A stretch of 64,000 nt of DNA, taken from the NCBI GenBank assembly GCA_044229975.1, contig JBGARZ010000008.1, positions 64,001-128,000 of the forward strand. Direction: 5' to 3'. Position 1 is the stretch's first letter. Each line of letters begins with the position of its first letter. This stretch comes from Polyangiales bacterium. Lineage in GTDB: Bacteria; Myxococcota_A; Polyangia; Polyangiales; Ga0077539. Below the pieces are notes generated by a model. The model searched no databases. It saw nothing but the letters and a program-made list of their open reading frames with translations, and was not told where the DNA came from. Of the stretch, positions 18,596 through 28,804 are shown one piece after another. The translations under genes and the position numbers were made by a program.

Positions 18596-19455
18596 CCCCC
18601 GCCCGCGCCGCTGCCGCGCTCTCTGTTGCGATGTTCGTCGCCACAGTTGCCGCCGGCTGGGCCGCCTCCGGCCAACCCTTCTCCCTCCGTTGGTCCCCCT
18701 CCTCCGCGCCCGCCTCCCCCACGCGCCCGCTCGTCCTCCCCGATCGCACCATCCCCGTCGCCACCCTTCGCCTCGGCCACGCCAACTACCAGCGCCACTG
18801 CGCCCACTGCCACGGCCCTTCCGGCGACGGCGCTGGACCCTCTGGCCTCTCGCTCTCCCCTCCCCCTCGCGACTTCCGCCGCGCCGTCTTCAAGTTCGCC
18901 GCCGTCCCCAGCGGCTCGCTCCCACGCGACGCCGACCTCGCCCGCACCATCCGCCACGGCCTCTCCGGCACTGCCATGCCCGCGTGGTCCTTCGGCGATC
19001 GCGAGCTCGACGCGCTCATCCAGTATCTCAAGACCTTCTCCCCCCGCTGGCAGCGCGAGTCCCCTCCCTCCCTTGCCGACCCCGCCACCCCCGCTCCCGC
19101 CCCCGACCCCTGGCGCGCCAACCCCTCCGACGCCGTCGCTGAAGGCGAGCGCGTCTATCACCGCGAGGCCCTCTGCGCGACCTGCCACCCCGCCTACGAC
19201 CCCACCGCCCCCGCACCTTCGCGTCCCGACCCGCTACGCCCCGTCGCCCTCTACGAGCCCGCCCACGCCACCTGGGCGCTCGCGCCCGACTTCCGTCGCC
19301 AACCGATGCGCGCGGGCAACTCCGTCGACGACCTCCACCGCGCCATCGCCTTCGGCCTCGGCGGAACCCCGATGCCCACCTGGCAGGGTTCCCTCCCCGA
19401 CCGCTCGCTATGGGCGCTCGCCTACTACGTTCGCTCCCTCACGCCGCGCGAGTGA
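18592..19455 (+). CDS. Di-heme c-type cytochrome
   Basis: Signal peptide, CAHCH and CATCH, PRDF, GTAMP and GTPMP Met ligands. Confidence 0.9.
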   Translation: MTPARAAAALSVAMFVATVAAGWAASGQPFSLRWSPSSAPASPTRPLVLPDRTIPVATLRLGHANYQRHCAHCHGPSGDGAGPSGLSLSPPPRDFRRAVFKFAAVPSGSLPRDADLARTIRHGLSGTAMPAWSFGDRELDALIQYLKTFSPRWQRESPPSLADPATPAPAPDPWRANPSDAVAEGERVYHREALCATCHPAYDPTAPAPSRPDPLRPVALYEPAHATWALAPDFRRQPMRAGNSVDDLHRAIAFGLGGTPMPTWQGSLPDRSLWALAYYVRSLTPRE

Positions 19456-19735
19456 TCGTCTCGAACTCCCGCTGCAAGAACTCCTCGATCTTCCCCTTGA
19501 ACGCCCGCGCGAAGAACGGCAGCTCCAGCACCACCGCGATGTTCGTCGCGTCGAAGCTGATCTTCCCGTCGGCCCCGCGGTAGCTCCCCTCGGCCGTCGT
19601 CGCCGACGTCCAGCGGTACAGCGAGCCCACGTCGTACTTCGGGTACCGCGCGGTGTAATCCGCCACCCGCGCCTCGATGCGCTGCCGCAGCGTCTCCACC
19701 GACAGCGAGTGACCCCTTCGGAATTCGAGCTTCAT
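19439..19735 (-). CDS. Polyhydroxyalkanoic acid system protein (PHA_gran_rgn-like)
   Basis: 98 aa; H.LS...R, W, ELPFFARAFKGKIE pattern. Confidence 0.65.
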   Translation of the reverse strand: MKLEFRRGHSLSVETLRQRIEARVADYTARYPKYDVGSLYRWTSATTAEGSYRGADGKISFDATNIAVVLELPFFARAFKGKIEEFLQREFETITRAA

Positions 19736-19814
19736 CGCGGCGCAACCTCGTTCACCGCTCCCGGCCCGTCAACCATTGCGACGTCCGCCCCCGACCGGGC
19801 ATCCAATCACCCTG

Positions 19815-21203
19815 ATGCCGCGACCTCTCGTCTGGTTTCGCCGCGACCTCCGCGTCGACGACAACACCGCCCTCCTCGCCGCCGCCGCCCGCGCCGACGA
19901 CGGCCTCCTCGCCCTCTACGTCGTCTCCCCCGCCGAGTGGCGCGCCCACGACGACGCCCCCGTGAAGGTCGACTTCTGGCTCCGCAACCTCACCGCGCTC
20001 TCCGACTCCCTCGCTCACCTCCACGTCGCCCTCCTCATCGAGACCGCCGACCACGCCGCCGATGTCGCCGCCGTGGTGAAGCGCGTCGTCGAGACGCACC
20101 ACTGCACCGAGGTTCACGCCAACCGCGAGTACGAGGTCAACGAGGCACGCCGCGACGTTCGCGTGGGCGAGGCCATCGGCGTCCCGCTGCACCTGCACGA
20201 CGACCGCCTGCTCTTCGCACCAGGGACCGTGCGGACGAAGACCGGCGGTCCGTACACGGTGTTCACGCCGTTTCGGCGCAACTGGGAGTCGCTGCTGAAG
20301 GAGTCGCCGCCGAAGGCTCACTCGAAGCCGATGCCGCTCGCTCCCATCGCGAAGCTGCACCCGTCGAAGGTTCCCGCTGCCATCGATGGCTTCGCGTCGG
20401 AGGTCGACGCGGCGCTGTGGCCCGCGGGTGAGGACGCCGCGAAGAAGCGCCTCAAGCGCTTCACCCACGACGCCATCGCCGACTACCACACGGGCCGCGA
20501 CCGCCCCGCCCTCGACGGAACCAGCCAGCTCTCGCCCTACCTCGCCGCGGGCGTGATCTCGCCGCGTCGTTGCCTGGAGGCTGCCCTCGCGGAGGGCCAC
20601 GGCAAGGGCCCGTCGACGTGGGTGTCGGAGCTGTGCTGGCGCGACTTCTACGCTCACGTGATGGTGGCCTTTCCGCGGGTGAGCATGGGCCGTGCGTTTC
20701 GGACGGAGCGCGACGCGGTGAAGTGGCGCCACGCGCCGAAGCAGCTCGCGCAGTGGGAGGCGGGGGAGACGGGGTTCCCGCTGGTGGACGCGGCGATGCG
20801 ACAGCTCAGGGGCATCGGGTGGATGCACAACCGCCTGCGCATGGTGGTGGCGATGTTTCTGACGAAGGACCTGCTCATCGACTGGCGCGAGGGCGAGCGG
20901 CACTTCATGCGCCACCTCGTCGACGGCGACCTCGCGGCCAACAACGGCGGCTGGCAGTGGTCGTCCTCCACCGGAACCGACGCGCAACCGTACTTCCGCA
21001 TCTTCAACCCGTCCTCGCAGGCGAAGCGCTACGACCCGGACGGGGCCTTCGTCCGCAAGTGGGTGCCGGAGCTGAGGGATGTGCCCGCGAAGGATCTATC
21101 GGCGCTGAGCAGCGCGACGCGGAAGAAGTGCGGATACCCCGCGCCGATGGTCGACCACGCCGACGCGAGGGCGCGCACGCTCGCGGCTTTTCGGGGGGAG
21201 TGA
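19815..21203 (+). CDS. phrB: Class I CPD photolyase
   Basis: WFRRDLR.DDN, TSQLSPYL, WRDFY, TGFP.VDA.MRQL, WMHNR.RM, NNGGWQW, YFRIFNP. Confidence 0.97.
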   Translation: MPRPLVWFRRDLRVDDNTALLAAAARADDGLLALYVVSPAEWRAHDDAPVKVDFWLRNLTALSDSLAHLHVALLIETADHAADVAAVVKRVVETHHCTEVHANREYEVNEARRDVRVGEAIGVPLHLHDDRLLFAPGTVRTKTGGPYTVFTPFRRNWESLLKESPPKAHSKPMPLAPIAKLHPSKVPAAIDGFASEVDAALWPAGEDAAKKRLKRFTHDAIADYHTGRDRPALDGTSQLSPYLAAGVISPRRCLEAALAEGHGKGPSTWVSELCWRDFYAHVMVAFPRVSMGRAFRTERDAVKWRHAPKQLAQWEAGETGFPLVDAAMRQLRGIGWMHNRLRMVVAMFLTKDLLIDWREGERHFMRHLVDGDLAANNGGWQWSSSTGTDAQPYFRIFNPSSQAKRYDPDGAFVRKWVPELRDVPAKDLSALSSATRKKCGYPAPMVDHADARARTLAAFRGE

Positions 21204-21221
21204 TCAGGACATTGCGCCCGG

Positions 21222-22270
21222 CTACCGCCCCACGTCCCTCCCCAACGCGTGCTCCAGTCGTACGCGCGCCACCCGCCCCTCGCTCGCCACCCGCAGCGTC
21301 GTCGCACGCATGGTCGCCTCCGCCGCGCGCTCGCTCTCCCGCGACGCCGAGACCGACTGCGGGATGCGCAGCAGGTAGTCCGTCAGCGGGATCGACAGCG
21401 TCGCCTGCGTCACGAAGGAGTCCGTCAGAAACGGAATCGCCAACGGAACGCTCACGAATTGCGTCCCCTGCGGAATGGGCCCGGCGCTGACGCCCGGCGC
21501 CGCGACGAGCGTCCCGAGGTTGGCCCGGTCGAGCGGTGACAAACGGTTGTAGCGGGCCGCGAGGTTGAGCCGCGGGAGGTACGCGACCCACGCCTGCTCG
21601 ACACCCGCCGCGGCGGCGGAGAGTTCGTCGCGTCGGGCGCGCAGGTCGAAGCTGGTGCGCGCGGCGGCGGCAGCGACGGCGTCGGCGGTGAGGCCACCGG
21701 GCTGCGCGAGCAGCGACGAGAGGTGCGCGTCGAGGGTGGTGAGCGTGTCCTGCGCGACGGGGTTGTAGACGTCGACGTGGCTGGTGATGTGCTCGACGTG
21801 GAGCTTCGTCTGCGAGTCGATGAGGGTGCCCATCCAGGCGGTTCCGATGGAGCCGCCGACCTCGCGGGTGAGCGCGTAGAGGCCGGTGGCGCCGCCGCGC
21901 TGCGACATCGGCAGGTCGGCGAGGCTCATCACCGTCAGCGGCACGAACACGAAGCCCAGGCCGAAGGCGCGGAGCATCTGCGGGTGGGTGGGGTCCCAGA
22001 AGCTCGCGGTGCCCGTGAGGCTGCCCGACATGAAGAGGCTCGCAGCGACGAGGACGATGCCGAAGCCCACGAGGTAGCGGCCGTCGACCTTTCCCCCCGA
22101 AGCGCCCGATGAGCGGCATGATGAAGATCTGGATGACGCCCGCGGCGAGGAAGATGCGGCCGATCTCCAGCGCCGTGTAGCGCATCACCGCGCCGCAATA
22201 GAGCGAGAAGGCGTAGGCGCCGGAGAAGAGCGCGACGCCGACGAGGAAGTTGATGCCCGTGCCCGCGCCG
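21222..22270 (-). pseudogene. Chimeric relic: DHA2/EmrB transporter C-terminal fragment fused to TolC-family fragments
   Basis: No 5' end; frame change near 22090-22098; GLGFVFVPL and REVGGSIG (DHA2) join near 21720 to A...YLPRLNL.A (TolC N-terminus), then near 21265 to RVRLEHALG (TolC C-terminus). Confidence 0.8.
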
Positions 22271-22599
22271 AGTGGCCCGGCAACGTGCGCGAACTGGAGA
22301 ACACCCTCGCCCGACTGATCGCGCTGGGCGACGGCGGCGAGCTGGGTCTGTCGTCGCTGCCCGTGGTGACAGGCGTTGCGCGCACCCCGACGGTCGCACA
22401 CGACGACGAGCCCGCGGACGAGGTCGCGCGCGCGGCGGGCGATCGGCTGACGCTGCGCGAGCAGGTCGAAGCCTTCGAGCGCGGGATCATCGCCCACACG
22501 CTCCGCACCTGCGGCGGCAACCAGTCCGAGGCGGCGCGGCGGCTGGGGACGAGCCGGGTGACGCTCATCGACAAGATCCACCAATACAAGCTCGGGTGA
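22270..22599 (+). pseudogene. C-terminal fragment of a sigma-54 activator
   Basis: Begins at EWPGNVRELEN and ends in the HTH GNQSEAARRLG.SR.TL; no Walker A or GAFTGA upstream. Confidence 0.85.
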
Positions 22600-22601
22600 G
22601 G

Positions 22602-22638
22602 CACGCGGCCGACGCAAGCGGTGGGCGTCGGCCGCGTG
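22602..22638 (+). terminator. GC-rich hairpin, possible terminator
   Basis: CACGCGGCCGACGC / GCGTCGGCCGCGTG perfect 14-bp stem with 9-nt loop, directly after a stop; no U-tract. Confidence 0.45.
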
Positions 22639-22886
22639 AAAGACAAAGGCCGCCAGGGCGCGAGGGTCGCAAGGGACAGAGACATTGATGAGGGCGGATG
22701 GGCCGGCCTGCGATCTTCCACGCCACCCACTTGCCCACACCGCGCGGTCTCGACTTCTCCCGAAACACCATCCTCCTTGCGGTCCTCGCGTCCTGGCGGC
22801 CGTATGTCTTCCACGCCGCCAACACCTGGCCTCAACTCCATGAGCACGACGATCGCCGCCGACATGCGCTATCAACGCGCTCGCTC

Positions 22887-23834
22887 ATGACCAAAGCCCG
22901 CCCCCGCATCGGCGTCGTGCTCAACGCCAACGCCGGACGCACCCGCCGCGACCCCGGCCTCGTCGACCGCCTGCGCGCCCGCCTCACCGCCGACGACATC
23001 ATCGAGGCAACGCGCTCGCCCGATGAGCTCGCGGAGGCGGCGCGGCGCTTTCGCGAGCACGGCATCACCCACCTCGGCGTGGTGGGCGGCGACGGGAGCG
23101 CGAGTGTCACGCTGTCGACCTTCGCGACGTTGTACGGCTCTGACCCGCTGCCGCCCGTCGCCTTCTTGCGCGGCGGGACGATGAACACCGTCGCCAACGG
23201 CTCCGGGCTCCCGCGCGGCAACCCGCTCTCGTTGCTCACCTCGCTCACGTCGCGCCTCCGTAACGGTGGCGCCGTACACACCTCGCAGCGCGCGACGATC
23301 AAGGCGGGCGAGCGCTTCGGTTTCTTGTTTGGGACGGGCGTGGTGGAGGGCTTTCTGCACGCCTACTACGCCAACGGAACGCCCACCCCGCTCAGCGCCG
23401 CGGGCGTGCTGATGCGCGGCGTAGCGTCGGCCATGGTGGGCGGCCCGATGGTGCGTCGCATGGCGGCCCCGTCGCGCGCGTCCGTCGACTTCGACGATGG
23501 GGCGCACTGGCCCTTGCAGGACTACCTCACGCTCGCGGCCGGGACGGTCGACCAGATCGGGCTGGGATTCAGGCCCTTCCTGCGATGCCAGGAGCGGCCG
23601 GGGCACTTCCATCTGCTGGGCATCTACGCGCGGGTGATGGACTTCGCGCTGGAGCTGCCGCGCATCCGGCTCGCGCGCCCGATGCGGCCGGGCCACGCGC
23701 TCGACCGCGTCACCGACCGCGCGACCATCCGCTTCGACGGCGGCGTCGCCCGCTACATGCTCGACGGCGAGCTCTTCGAGACGCCGGGTGAGCTCACGCT
23801 CATCGCCGGTCCGACGATCACACTCGTCCGCTGA
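22887..23834 (+). CDS. Diacylglycerol/lipid kinase family protein
   Basis: VLNANAG, VVGGDG, LRGGTMN, LDGE; start ATG 22887. Confidence 0.88.
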   Translation: MTKARPRIGVVLNANAGRTRRDPGLVDRLRARLTADDIIEATRSPDELAEAARRFREHGITHLGVVGGDGSASVTLSTFATLYGSDPLPPVAFLRGGTMNTVANGSGLPRGNPLSLLTSLTSRLRNGGAVHTSQRATIKAGERFGFLFGTGVVEGFLHAYYANGTPTPLSAAGVLMRGVASAMVGGPMVRRMAAPSRASVDFDDGAHWPLQDYLTLAAGTVDQIGLGFRPFLRCQERPGHFHLLGIYARVMDFALELPRIRLARPMRPGHALDRVTDRATIRFDGGVARYMLDGELFETPGELTLIAGPTITLVR

Positions 23835-23938
23835 CCGCGTTTTCTTCCCAAGGGTTTGGGAACCCCGCGCTCGCGTCGCTGTCACAGAGCCCGTACGCAG
23901 CGCCGCATGGAAACGGCGCCGCGAGAGAGGCTACTGCC

Positions 23939-25660
23939 ATGACGACGCTGCGCACCGTGACGCCCGCCACCTCCGTCGCTGCCCCCGAGACCGACGTGCT
24001 CTACCAGCTCGTAAAGCGCGCCGACATCAACCCGATGGAGGTCGAAGACCTCACCCGCAGCGCCATCGAGGTCACCGTCCTCTGGAACCGCACGGCCCTC
24101 CACGTCGCTCACCTCGACGACGACCGCGGCTTCGCGCTCACCAGCGTCGCCCCGACGCTCCCGTCGCCCGCGAAGCACATGCTCCCGGGCCTCGGCCTCG
24201 GCGGCGCGGCGATGCTCGGCGGCGCGGTCGCAGCGAGCCTCGCGGTGGCCTCGGCGGGCGCCCTCGCCACGGTGGTCGGCGTCGGCCTCGGCGTGCGCCG
24301 CCACCAACAGAACGAAGCCCTCCGTCAGGACGGTGGTCGCTTCGTGGTCGACGCCGAGATGCTCGGCGCGGAGGAGCTCCCGGTGATCGCCCGCGAGGGC
24401 GCCGGGGCGCGCTTCGTCTTCGCTCCGGGCGCCGTCGGCGAGGTGGAGATCGACGGCGAGAAGCGCTCGCTCACCGACCTGACGGCACAGGGCCTCGCTC
24501 GCCCGTCGTCGGTGCTGGAGGGCGCGCTCGAAGTGGCGATGGTTCCGGGCGGCAAGTACCGCATGGAGATCAACGGGCTCACGGTGGTGGCCAAGGCCGT
24601 CCGCGCCGGTCGTCGGGCGCTGGTCTCCGCGGGCCGCGACCGCTCGCTGCGCGGCGCCTCGGTGGGCGCGGCGCTGGCCGTCGCCGCACTGCTGGGCGTG
24701 ATGCGCGTCGCCGCGCCGGACAACAACGGGCTGCTCTCGCAGAACGACCAGGACCAGCGCCTCGCCGAGCTGCGCGACTTCCTCGCGCGCCACACCGAGC
24801 AGCCGGAGCCGCCGGCCCCGCGCGAGGGTTCGGCGACGCCCGACCACGGCGGCCGTGATGGAGCAGCGCACGCAGGCGCGGCGGGCGCAGCGGGCCGACC
24901 GTCGTCGACGCAGTCGAACCGTCACTACGAGATCCGCCGCACCAACGAGCCGGCGCACCTGACCAACCAGACCGCGGCGCAGCAGGTGGCCAACCGTGGG
25001 GTGTTCGCGGCGATGGGGGGCGCGCTCCCGATGAACAGCGTCGCGTCGAGCGGCATGGTGAGCCCCTTCGGGTTGATGACCGAAGCCGGCGACGCCGACG
25101 AGACGCACCAGGGCAACCTCACGGGCGACATGGCGGGCGACGCCTTCGGGATGAACGGCCTCGACGGCGCGGGCCCCGGCGTGGGCGGCGGCGGCCGCAG
25201 CGAGCAAGGCATCGGCGTCGGACGCCTCAACACGATGGGCAACAGCGCTGGCTGCGCGGAGGGTCAGGACTGCCGCTACGGCCACACCGTGGGAGGAATC
25301 CGCGGCGGCAACCGCACCCCGCACGGCCCCATCGTGAGGCCCAACGGCCAGCCGGAGGTGGTGGGCATCTCGCGCGACGTGATCCGCCGCGTGGTGCTGC
25401 GTAACATCGGGCAGGTCAACCACTGCTACGAGCAGGGCCTCTCGACGAGCCCCGGGCTCCAGGGCCGCGTCTCGGTGCGCTTCGTCATCGGCTCGGGCGG
25501 CAACGTCCTCGCATCGAACGTCGACAGCTCGACCCTCGGCGTGCCGTCGGTGTCGCAGTGCATCGCCAACGCGGTCGGTCGGTGGAGCTTCCCGGTCCCG
25601 CCCGACAGCGGCGCGATCTCCGTGGTCTACCCCTTCTCGCTGGTCCCCGCCGACGGCTGA
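23939..25660 (+). CDS. AgmX/PglI (GltG-like) TM protein with TonB-C-like C-terminal domain
   Basis: TMs, Gly-rich linker, IRRVV....V.HCYE..L...P.L.GRV.VRF.I...G.V, W.FP, V.YPF. Confidence 0.8.
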   Translation: MTTLRTVTPATSVAAPETDVLYQLVKRADINPMEVEDLTRSAIEVTVLWNRTALHVAHLDDDRGFALTSVAPTLPSPAKHMLPGLGLGGAAMLGGAVAASLAVASAGALATVVGVGLGVRRHQQNEALRQDGGRFVVDAEMLGAEELPVIAREGAGARFVFAPGAVGEVEIDGEKRSLTDLTAQGLARPSSVLEGALEVAMVPGGKYRMEINGLTVVAKAVRAGRRALVSAGRDRSLRGASVGAALAVAALLGVMRVAAPDNNGLLSQNDQDQRLAELRDFLARHTEQPEPPAPREGSATPDHGGRDGAAHAGAAGAAGRPSSTQSNRHYEIRRTNEPAHLTNQTAAQQVANRGVFAAMGGALPMNSVASSGMVSPFGLMTEAGDADETHQGNLTGDMAGDAFGMNGLDGAGPGVGGGGRSEQGIGVGRLNTMGNSAGCAEGQDCRYGHTVGGIRGGNRTPHGPIVRPNGQPEVVGISRDVIRRVVLRNIGQVNHCYEQGLSTSPGLQGRVSVRFVIGSGGNVLASNVDSSTLGVPSVSQCIANAVGRWSFPVPPDSGAISVVYPFSLVPADG

Positions 25661-25872
25661 CCGTCGTCCCCTCCCTCTCCAGGCTCGACCCTCTCATCTC
25701 CTGCGCACCACACCCGTCGATGTCGACCATCACGACCCGCCGTGTGTTCGTCACGGTGGGCTCGTGTAGGCCACGGAATTCGCGGCCCGCGTGTTGTCGG
25801 CGCGCGAGTACCGCGTGCTAAGGTCGACGCGCCTCGTGTGTCTGAGACGCATCGACGGGGTTTAGCAACACC

Positions 25873-27870
25873 ATGGCAGAAGATCCCCTAGTCACCCACG
25901 CTCGCACCCGCATCGGCCGCACGCTCCGGGGCAAGTGGACGCTCGACAAGCTGCTCGGGGTAGGCGGCATGGCGGCCGTCTACGAGTGCACGCACCGCAA
26001 TGGCTCCAAGGTGGCCATCAAGATGCTGCACCCGAACCTGATGTTCGAGACCAACTTCGCCCAGCGCCTGGTGCAGGAAGGGTACGTCGCCAACAAGATC
26101 AACCACCCGGCCGCGGTGAAGGTCTACGACGACGACACCGACGACACCGACGGGTCGGTCTTCCTCGTGATGGAGCTTCTGCCCGGCCAGACGCTCTCGC
26201 AGTACCGCCGCCACAAGAAGCGCTTCACCGAGCTCGAGGCGCTGAAGATGCTCGCGCCGGTGCTGGAGTGCCTGGGCAACGCGCACCAGCACAAGATCAT
26301 CCACCGCGACATCAAGCCCGAGAACCTCTTCGTCCAACCCGACGGCCAGGTTCGTGTGCTCGACTTCGGCATCGCGCGCGTCAGCGACAGCTCCAACGTG
26401 ACGGCCACCCGCACCGGCATGGTGGTCGGCTCGCCCGCGTACATGTCCCCCGAGCAGGCCCTCGGGAAGATGAACTCCGTGGGCCCGCAGACCGACGTCT
26501 ACGCGGTCGGCGCCACGATGTTCGCGCTCATCTCGGGCACCACGCCGCACGCCGGCGAGTCGACCCAGGAGATGATCGTCCTCGTCGCCACGCAGCAGGC
26601 CCGCAAGCTCGCGGCGGTGTTTCCCGAGGTGAACCCGCGGGTCGCCGAGGTCATCGACCGCGCGCTGCTCTACAACATCGCCGAGCGCTACCCCGACGCC
26701 TTCGCGATGCTCAACGACGTCCGCGAGGTCGTCGCCGAGCTCGAAGGCACCAAGCCCGCCAAGGTGCTCCCCACCTTCGTCGACGACGAGGAGGAGGGCG
26801 CCACGCAGGTCGCCCCGGCGCTGAAGAAGCCCGGCGCCACCTCGCAGCAGCGACCCGCCGTCGGAGCCGACGCAGCCCCCGGCGCGGGCAACAACCGCGT
26901 GGGCACACCGCCGCCCGCGATGACCGGCGATGTCCCCGGCAGCAAGATGCGCCAGGCCACCATGGCCCCGATGGGTGCGCCCTTCCGCGCGGCCTCGGGC
27001 GCCGCTCCGCTCATCGGCGCACCCCCGTCGCGACCGGCGCAGCCCGCGCTCCCGGCCACGCAGGCGATGGAGGCGTTCCCTGTCAGCGGCACGGGCAACA
27101 CCGGGCAGCACGAGGCGCAGCAGCAGCCGGGCTTCGCGAGCCTGCACGGTCAGCCCCCTCCCGGGTCGACCTCGGGCATGGGTTTCCCCGGCAGCACCAG
27201 CGGCGTCAACGCCTTCCCTGGCACGAGCAGCGGCATCAACTTCCCGCCGCCCGGCGTCGGCACCGCGAGCGGTCAACAGCCCGGGGTCAACACCAACCAG
27301 GCGTGGGCGGGTCAGCCCGTCGCCGACGCTCCGCTCCCCAAGCCGCGCAACAACCGCATGGTCTTCGGTCTGGTGGGTGGCCTGGTGCTGCTCGGTGCGG
27401 TGGGCTTCGGCATCAGCTCGATGTCATCGAGCACCACGACGCCGACCACGGCGGCGATCCACAACCGCCCGGCAGCTCCTCGTCCCGTCACCCCGCCGCC
27501 CGCACCACCCACGCCTGAGGTCGCGCCCACGCCGCCTCCGACGCCTCCGCCCGTGGTGGCAGCGCCCATCCCGACCCCGGTCGTGGTCCCGCCGCCGGCG
27601 GTCGATCCCGCGCCGGTGGTCGCACCGACCGCTCCGACGCCGCCCGCTGCGGTCGAGGCCAACGACGACCACGGTCATCGCCGTCCTCATCGTCGCGATC
27701 ACGACACCACCACGCCCGCGGCCGCGACGCCCCCGGCGACGCCGCACGTCACCACGCCCGCGGCGACCCATCCGAGCACCAACACCAACACCACCACCCC
27801 GCGGTCGCCCCGTCGCCCGCGCGGCGGCACCACGACGCCCGCCGTCGACCCGTCCGGCCTCGGGTACTGA
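25873..27870 (+). CDS. Hanks-type Ser/Thr protein kinase with TM and Pro-rich tail
   Basis: LGVGGMAAVY, VAIK, HRDIKPEN, DFG, YMSPEQ, DVYAVG. Confidence 0.96.
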   Translation: MAEDPLVTHARTRIGRTLRGKWTLDKLLGVGGMAAVYECTHRNGSKVAIKMLHPNLMFETNFAQRLVQEGYVANKINHPAAVKVYDDDTDDTDGSVFLVMELLPGQTLSQYRRHKKRFTELEALKMLAPVLECLGNAHQHKIIHRDIKPENLFVQPDGQVRVLDFGIARVSDSSNVTATRTGMVVGSPAYMSPEQALGKMNSVGPQTDVYAVGATMFALISGTTPHAGESTQEMIVLVATQQARKLAAVFPEVNPRVAEVIDRALLYNIAERYPDAFAMLNDVREVVAELEGTKPAKVLPTFVDDEEEGATQVAPALKKPGATSQQRPAVGADAAPGAGNNRVGTPPPAMTGDVPGSKMRQATMAPMGAPFRAASGAAPLIGAPPSRPAQPALPATQAMEAFPVSGTGNTGQHEAQQQPGFASLHGQPPPGSTSGMGFPGSTSGVNAFPGTSSGINFPPPGVGTASGQQPGVNTNQAWAGQPVADAPLPKPRNNRMVFGLVGGLVLLGAVGFGISSMSSSTTTPTTAAIHNRPAAPRPVTPPPAPPTPEVAPTPPPTPPPVVAAPIPTPVVVPPPAVDPAPVVAPTAPTPPAAVEANDDHGHRRPHRRDHDTTTPAAATPPATPHVTTPAATHPSTNTNTTTPRSPRRPRGGTTTPAVDPSGLGY

Positions 27871-27903
27871 CCACTCCCCAACTCCTCGGTAACCTCGCGC
27901 CCG

Positions 27904-28290
27904 TCAGTGGGCAGGCGCGGGCGTTCGTTGGTCGGTCGACGCGTGGATCGCCAGATCGACGAGCCACGCGGTGAGTACGCCGACGCCGGTTCCGAGCGCG
28001 TCCCAGGTGAAGTCGCGCCAGGACGGATCACCCGCGCCGGTCGCGTCGTAGAGCTCCTTCGCGATGCCCAGTGAGAGCGCGAAGCCCGCGCCAACGCCCA
28101 CCCGCACGGCAGTGCGCTCGGTGAAGGGCGCGGTCGCCGCGTAGCCCGCTCCCGCGAGCAGCGCACTCACGGAGAAGTGCAGCGCCTTGTCGGGGCCGAA
28201 CCAGTCGTCCATCGACTGAGCACGCGCCGGGGAAGACGCGACCAGGACCACCACCAACGACGTGGTGGCCAGCCGCCTCCGATGCAGCAC
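27904..28290 (-). CDS. YfiM-like small membrane protein
   Basis: DDWFGPDKALHF, KELYD, SWRD..WD..G; start uncertain. Confidence 0.7.
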   Translation of the reverse strand: MLHRRRLATTSLVVVLVASSPARAQSMDDWFGPDKALHFSVSALLAGAGYAATAPFTERTAVRVGVGAGFALSLGIAKELYDATGAGDPSWRDFTWDALGTGVGVLTAWLVDLAIHASTDQRTPAPAH

Positions 28291-28291
28291 G

Positions 28292-28801
28292 TCACACCCC
28301 ATCGAGCGACCACACCACGCGCACGTCAGCCTGCACCCGCAGCGCACCCAGCATCGCGCGAAACGGCGTGATCCCCCACGTCGGCTGGTGCACCGTCGCC
28401 TCGCAGACGAGTCGCCCCGCCTCGCGCCGCAGCCGCACCACCAGCGGGCGCGTCACCCCGCAAAGCGTCAGCGCGCCCTCCACCACCCGCGGGTCGTCGC
28501 CCTCCCAGCGGCCCTCGAAGCGCACCTCGGCGTAGCGCCCGCAGCGCAGCACTTCGCCCCGTAGCGACGCCTCGATCTTCGCGCGGTCGCCCGTCGACAG
28601 CCTACCGTGGTCGTCGGCGCCGTCACGTCGCGCGCAGATCACTTCGACCGACGGAGACTCCACCCGCGCGGCCACCCGACGCGCGTCGCGGTCGAGCTCC
28701 ACCTGCCAGCGCGTGGCCCGCAGCGCGAGGTCGTGACCCACCGCCGAGAGCGCGCCCTCGCGGAACGTGTACAACCGCAGCTCGCCCGCGGTGACGATCA
28801 C
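28292..28801 (-). CDS. YceI family protein
   Basis: TFREG..SAVGHDL, EVL...RY.EVRF, G.LTL.GVTR, WGI.P. Confidence 0.75.
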   Translation of the reverse strand: MIVTAGELRLYTFREGALSAVGHDLALRATRWQVELDRDARRVAARVESPSVEVICARRDGADDHGRLSTGDRAKIEASLRGEVLRCGRYAEVRFEGRWEGDDPRVVEGALTLCGVTRPLVVRLRREAGRLVCEATVHQPTWGITPFRAMLGALRVQADVRVVWSLDGV

Positions 28802-28804
28802 CCG

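Noticed and set aside
22088..22100. GGGGGGAAAG run as a programmed frameshift in the EmrB fragment
   Set aside because: Restoring the frame requires skipping one base, not a -1 slip, and the gene is already truncated; a simple indel or sequencing error is more likely.
22640..22886. TCTTCCACGCC repeated twice, short ORFs and an N-terminal extension of the lipid kinase
   Set aside because: An 11-bp match is weak at this GC content and none of the translations is recognisable.
25768..25783. AGGCCACGGAATTCGC as a sigma-54 promoter for the kinase
   Set aside because: Spacing is GG-N11-GC, one base off the strict requirement.
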